Shown: piece by piece, positions 60,623-64,000 of the stretch | Numbering within the stretch: the stretch's first letter is position 1 | How the letters are laid out: the number at the start of each line of letters is the position of its first letter | Source: Tubulanus polymorphus | Lineage: Eukaryota; Animalia; Nemertea | Length of the DNA stretch: 64,000 nt | Direction: 5' to 3' | NCBI RefSeq assembly: GCF_964204645.1 | Contig: NC_134025.1 | Location: 21,427,101 to 21,491,100 of the forward strand | Position numbers and translations under genes: made by a program | The notes under the pieces: generated by a model | The model's database searches: none | Seen by the model: the letters and a program-made list of their open reading frames with translations, nothing else | What the model was told of the DNA's origin: nothing

Positions 60623-63600
60623 TATCAGTAAGCTTCGTGAACTTTTTCTCGAGGTAAGATGTGTCATACTGTGGAAGAACTATAGGCCTAGTCATGTGGA
60701 ATAATCATGCGTAGGTCGAACGGGAAGATCTGGAAATAACTAAAATCTGACCGTAAATTTCCAAGGCTTTTTCGACTGAAAATTGAAGTCAAAATAGATG
60801 AAGAATAAAACGCGGCCGTGCAACGAACGTAATTCGACACTTAGCGCAGGGAATAATGCATTTACGAAGCTAGGTCGCTATGGTAACAAATACACTGGTA
60901 TCTCGATTTATCTGTAAACGAGATGGCAGCACTGTACGCGTTAGAAAATCTGCGTTTTTCATATTATGCGGGTTAGCCTATTCGGATTACATAATGATAA
61001 TAATTGATAATAAAAATAATAATATTTATATATAGATATTGACAAAGATACGCTACAATTATCTTTAATTGTATTTAGTTTGTTTGTTCCGACTGAAAAA
61101 TATTTTGATAACAAGATTGATGACGATAATGTTCGATGTATTTCAAAATGTACGTGATCGGAAGATTGTTTTACATAAAACTGTGATCGAAATTTCCTTC
61201 AAATTCAGTTTATGGCCAACATCAGCTTATTGATCAAACTGCCATTTAGAAAAAAAAAACAATGGAAACTGATTTTAAATTTTTTTAGAACTTTTACTCA
61301 AAAGACCGTATAAAGCTTAGATGATATGCGTCATGTACACACATGATCCAATCATGTTTCCTAATCATGTACATACTTCTATTTAAACAAAATTTTGTAA
61401 ATTCGACTGTTGATCACGCAACCTGTTCTTCAATGTCCGATTTCAAAATCAAACGCCCTGTTTCATTCCTAGCAGGCGTGCTGACAATGATCATTATGAT
61501 CTGTGTGCTGGCCAAAAATGCACACAGATCACACTACAGCTACAAACTACTTTGCTACCAACCTTCCAACTTGGAGAATTACTCCAAGCTTCCAACTATC
61601 TAGTGTGTTTCTCCCTGGGTTTGTAAGGAATAAATGAAATAAGTGTAAATCAAATCAAGTAATAATGAGGCAAAATCATCTCTATTTCAAGATCAACGCT
61701 GCTTGCTTTGAAAACACAGAATAACAAGGCACAAATTCATTTTTCGCTGAAGCAAATAATCACTAGAACACCATTGCGAAAAGGTGTCTAAAAAGAAATC
61801 AAAGTTTGATGCAGAGATATAGGCTGAAGCTAACATTTTTTTAAACTCAAACCAATATAAATATATATATACATATATATCAACGTTTATGTTATACGTA
61901 ATAATAAGCAAGATTTCGAAAGAATATTGAATGCAGCCGAAACAATTCGCCGTTATTGATAAACAACGCAAAGTGTAAGAAAAAAGATATATAAAAACTA
62001 ACACTGACCTGTAGTACGATATACTCATGGCCATGAATTAATAACTGCCTTTTACGAAAAATGTTGTCCTGTTTAGGCACGGTACTGGCACATATATTAC
62101 AGTGCTATGATTTTGTGTGTGTTTATATGTCACAAGCATGCCAATAGGCTGTGTCTCTCACCTCAATGTCATACTGTCTTCGCCTTCATAAATATTTATT
62201 GTCCTTAGCTACCAGCGAGAACAATTACCAGAACCCGCTATCATCTATCTGTGTCCCTTGTTCATTGAATCGTTTGTTAATTACGGCAATTAAAACCCCA
62301 AGCTGTAATCATCTTAATGAGCAGTTTATGCAGTTCTCAAACAAATGGGATTGTTTCTGCATTCAACACGTGCTATAACTAACTGTGGCAAGCGAGGACC
62401 TGATTGATAGGTTTGTTCGGTCTTCTTCGCTTGAATTTCATCTTCATTTCGAATGAACTATTATCCGAAGTTTTCTTAGTTTCAATTTTCCAATTACAAA
62501 TGAAACTACATCCTAACGAGATAAAAAACCACTACGTACAAATTGAAAGTTCTTTTTGGAATTGAGAATCTATTCAATCAAACAATTAAAAGAACTCACT
62601 TTCGATCTCACCCTAAGGATCATCCTTAGGTGTGATTTAAAAAGAAAACGTTTGATTTGTACATAGCGGGTTTTTATCTCATTATCCATTCGCCACATTT
62701 AGAAGTGATATTCTACCAAACAGAACTATAATCAAATGCTGACCAGAAAAGTCAGTCTAGTATCATTTCGATAGCTCGTACGTGCAACCACGTTTGGATT
62801 TGGCAGCTTAAGTTGATCGTGCCACCTGGCAGGTACCTAGCAGGGGCGAATCTATAGGGTCTGATTCAGGGACCCCCAAAATAGGGCATATCATACATAA
62901 TTAAAAGGGCACCCAATCATCGGAAAACTTTTTTTTAGCTTTCAGAGTTTTCATTTTCCCGTGAAATTTCAAGGCAATTTGACATGTTGAGGGGGGGGTT
63001 CTAGAGGGTATGAACCCCTGCACCCTCCCCTTGAATGCGCCCTGGCTGGTTATGCATTGACCCCACTGCTAAACACAATATCAAATGGTTTCCCAGTATG
63101 TATAATGCAATAGATAGAAAATTAAATTTTTCATTTCGTTATAGCTTAATGATCAATTACCCAATCCTGAGTGGTGATGATGTTCAAAAGTAATTAATAT
63201 ATAAGGTCTAAAATTAGAATATCATATTTCTATATGTTTGTTGTGTAACCAACAACTAATGTGTCGATTAAGATTCTAATTGGATAGTCACTGCATGACT
63301 ACCAGAAAATAAATTAAACGTTCAACCCACCCAACTTTTACAAATAGTTCCGTTTAGTTAAAACTATCCATTTGGCATTTATTCTAAGTATTCTTTTTCA
63401 TTTCTTGATTGAATTTCTATGCAGCGTTTCCTTAGATGCTTGACTACGCCAAACAAACAGCCCTCACCGGAATGTCCACCCCACCCAACTTTAACTAAAG
63501 TAATTCAAACTTCTTTACCGAATAAATTGAATTTCCCGATTGATTTGATTTCCGCCGTATATTCGATAAACAAATAACATCCAAATGCTTTGTCGTTTGC

Positions 63601-63692
63601 AATCTTTTCTAAGGGCACGCCTTCGCGATCAAAGTTGCCACTGATTAATACTTAACCGACGTTGCTGTAAGCATAGAAATTCAGTCCAGTTT

Positions 63693-63982
63693 GTAACCCT
63701 TTCAGTGCTGACTAATTAATACCCTATAGTGCTGGAGATAATTCAAAAATTTTGAAAAATTCCACCATAGTGTGTTGAATAACGGGAATACCACTATAGT
63801 ACGTCTACACTGCAACGCGGTATATCGTTAGGTACTAATATTTCACTATGTTTGGCAGGTGCTGCCATCTTTCAAGAGAGATATTTACTAATTACATCAA
63901 TACACCGCAATGCAGTGTACTTGCAAAACCCATCCCGATTTATACACACTGCACTGCAGTGTAGATGCACTGAAAGGGTTAA
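63693..63982. mobile_element. piggyBac-type MITE, third copy
   Basis: GTAACCCTTTCAGTGC ... GCACTGAAAGGGTTAA; body matches 45387-45682. Confidence 0.88.
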
Positions 63983-64000
63983 GTGCAAACTTATCAGTTT

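Overview
AT-rich, intron-rich animal genomic DNA, probably a lophotrochozoan-type marine invertebrate (inferred from gene and repeat content). All gene models were spliced by hand from GT-AG sites, without transcript evidence. The window holds: (1) three paralogous secreted CAP/CRISP genes with architecture signal peptide-CAP-hinge/EGF-like-ShKT-variable linker-ShKT-Cys-rich tail (A 3045-5823 minus, truncated; B 9169-13852 minus; C ~16033-19196 plus); (2) an SLC16 (MCT8/MCT10-like) transporter gene, 19655-23164 plus; (3) a 72-aa Cys-rich hydrophobic protein, 24727-24945 minus; (4) a large tubby gene, 33898-56950 minus, with a second candidate N-terminal exon at 60155-60189; and (5) many MITEs, SINE and LINE remnants, a Helentron/pearl-like element with a 154-bp array, and (TA)n tracts. 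The most unusual non-genic feature is a ~250-bp palindromic element present twice (31684-31935, 50466-50717). It has 11-12-bp target-site duplications, back-to-back hammerhead-ribozyme-like cores, and a central loop in opposite orientations in the two copies.
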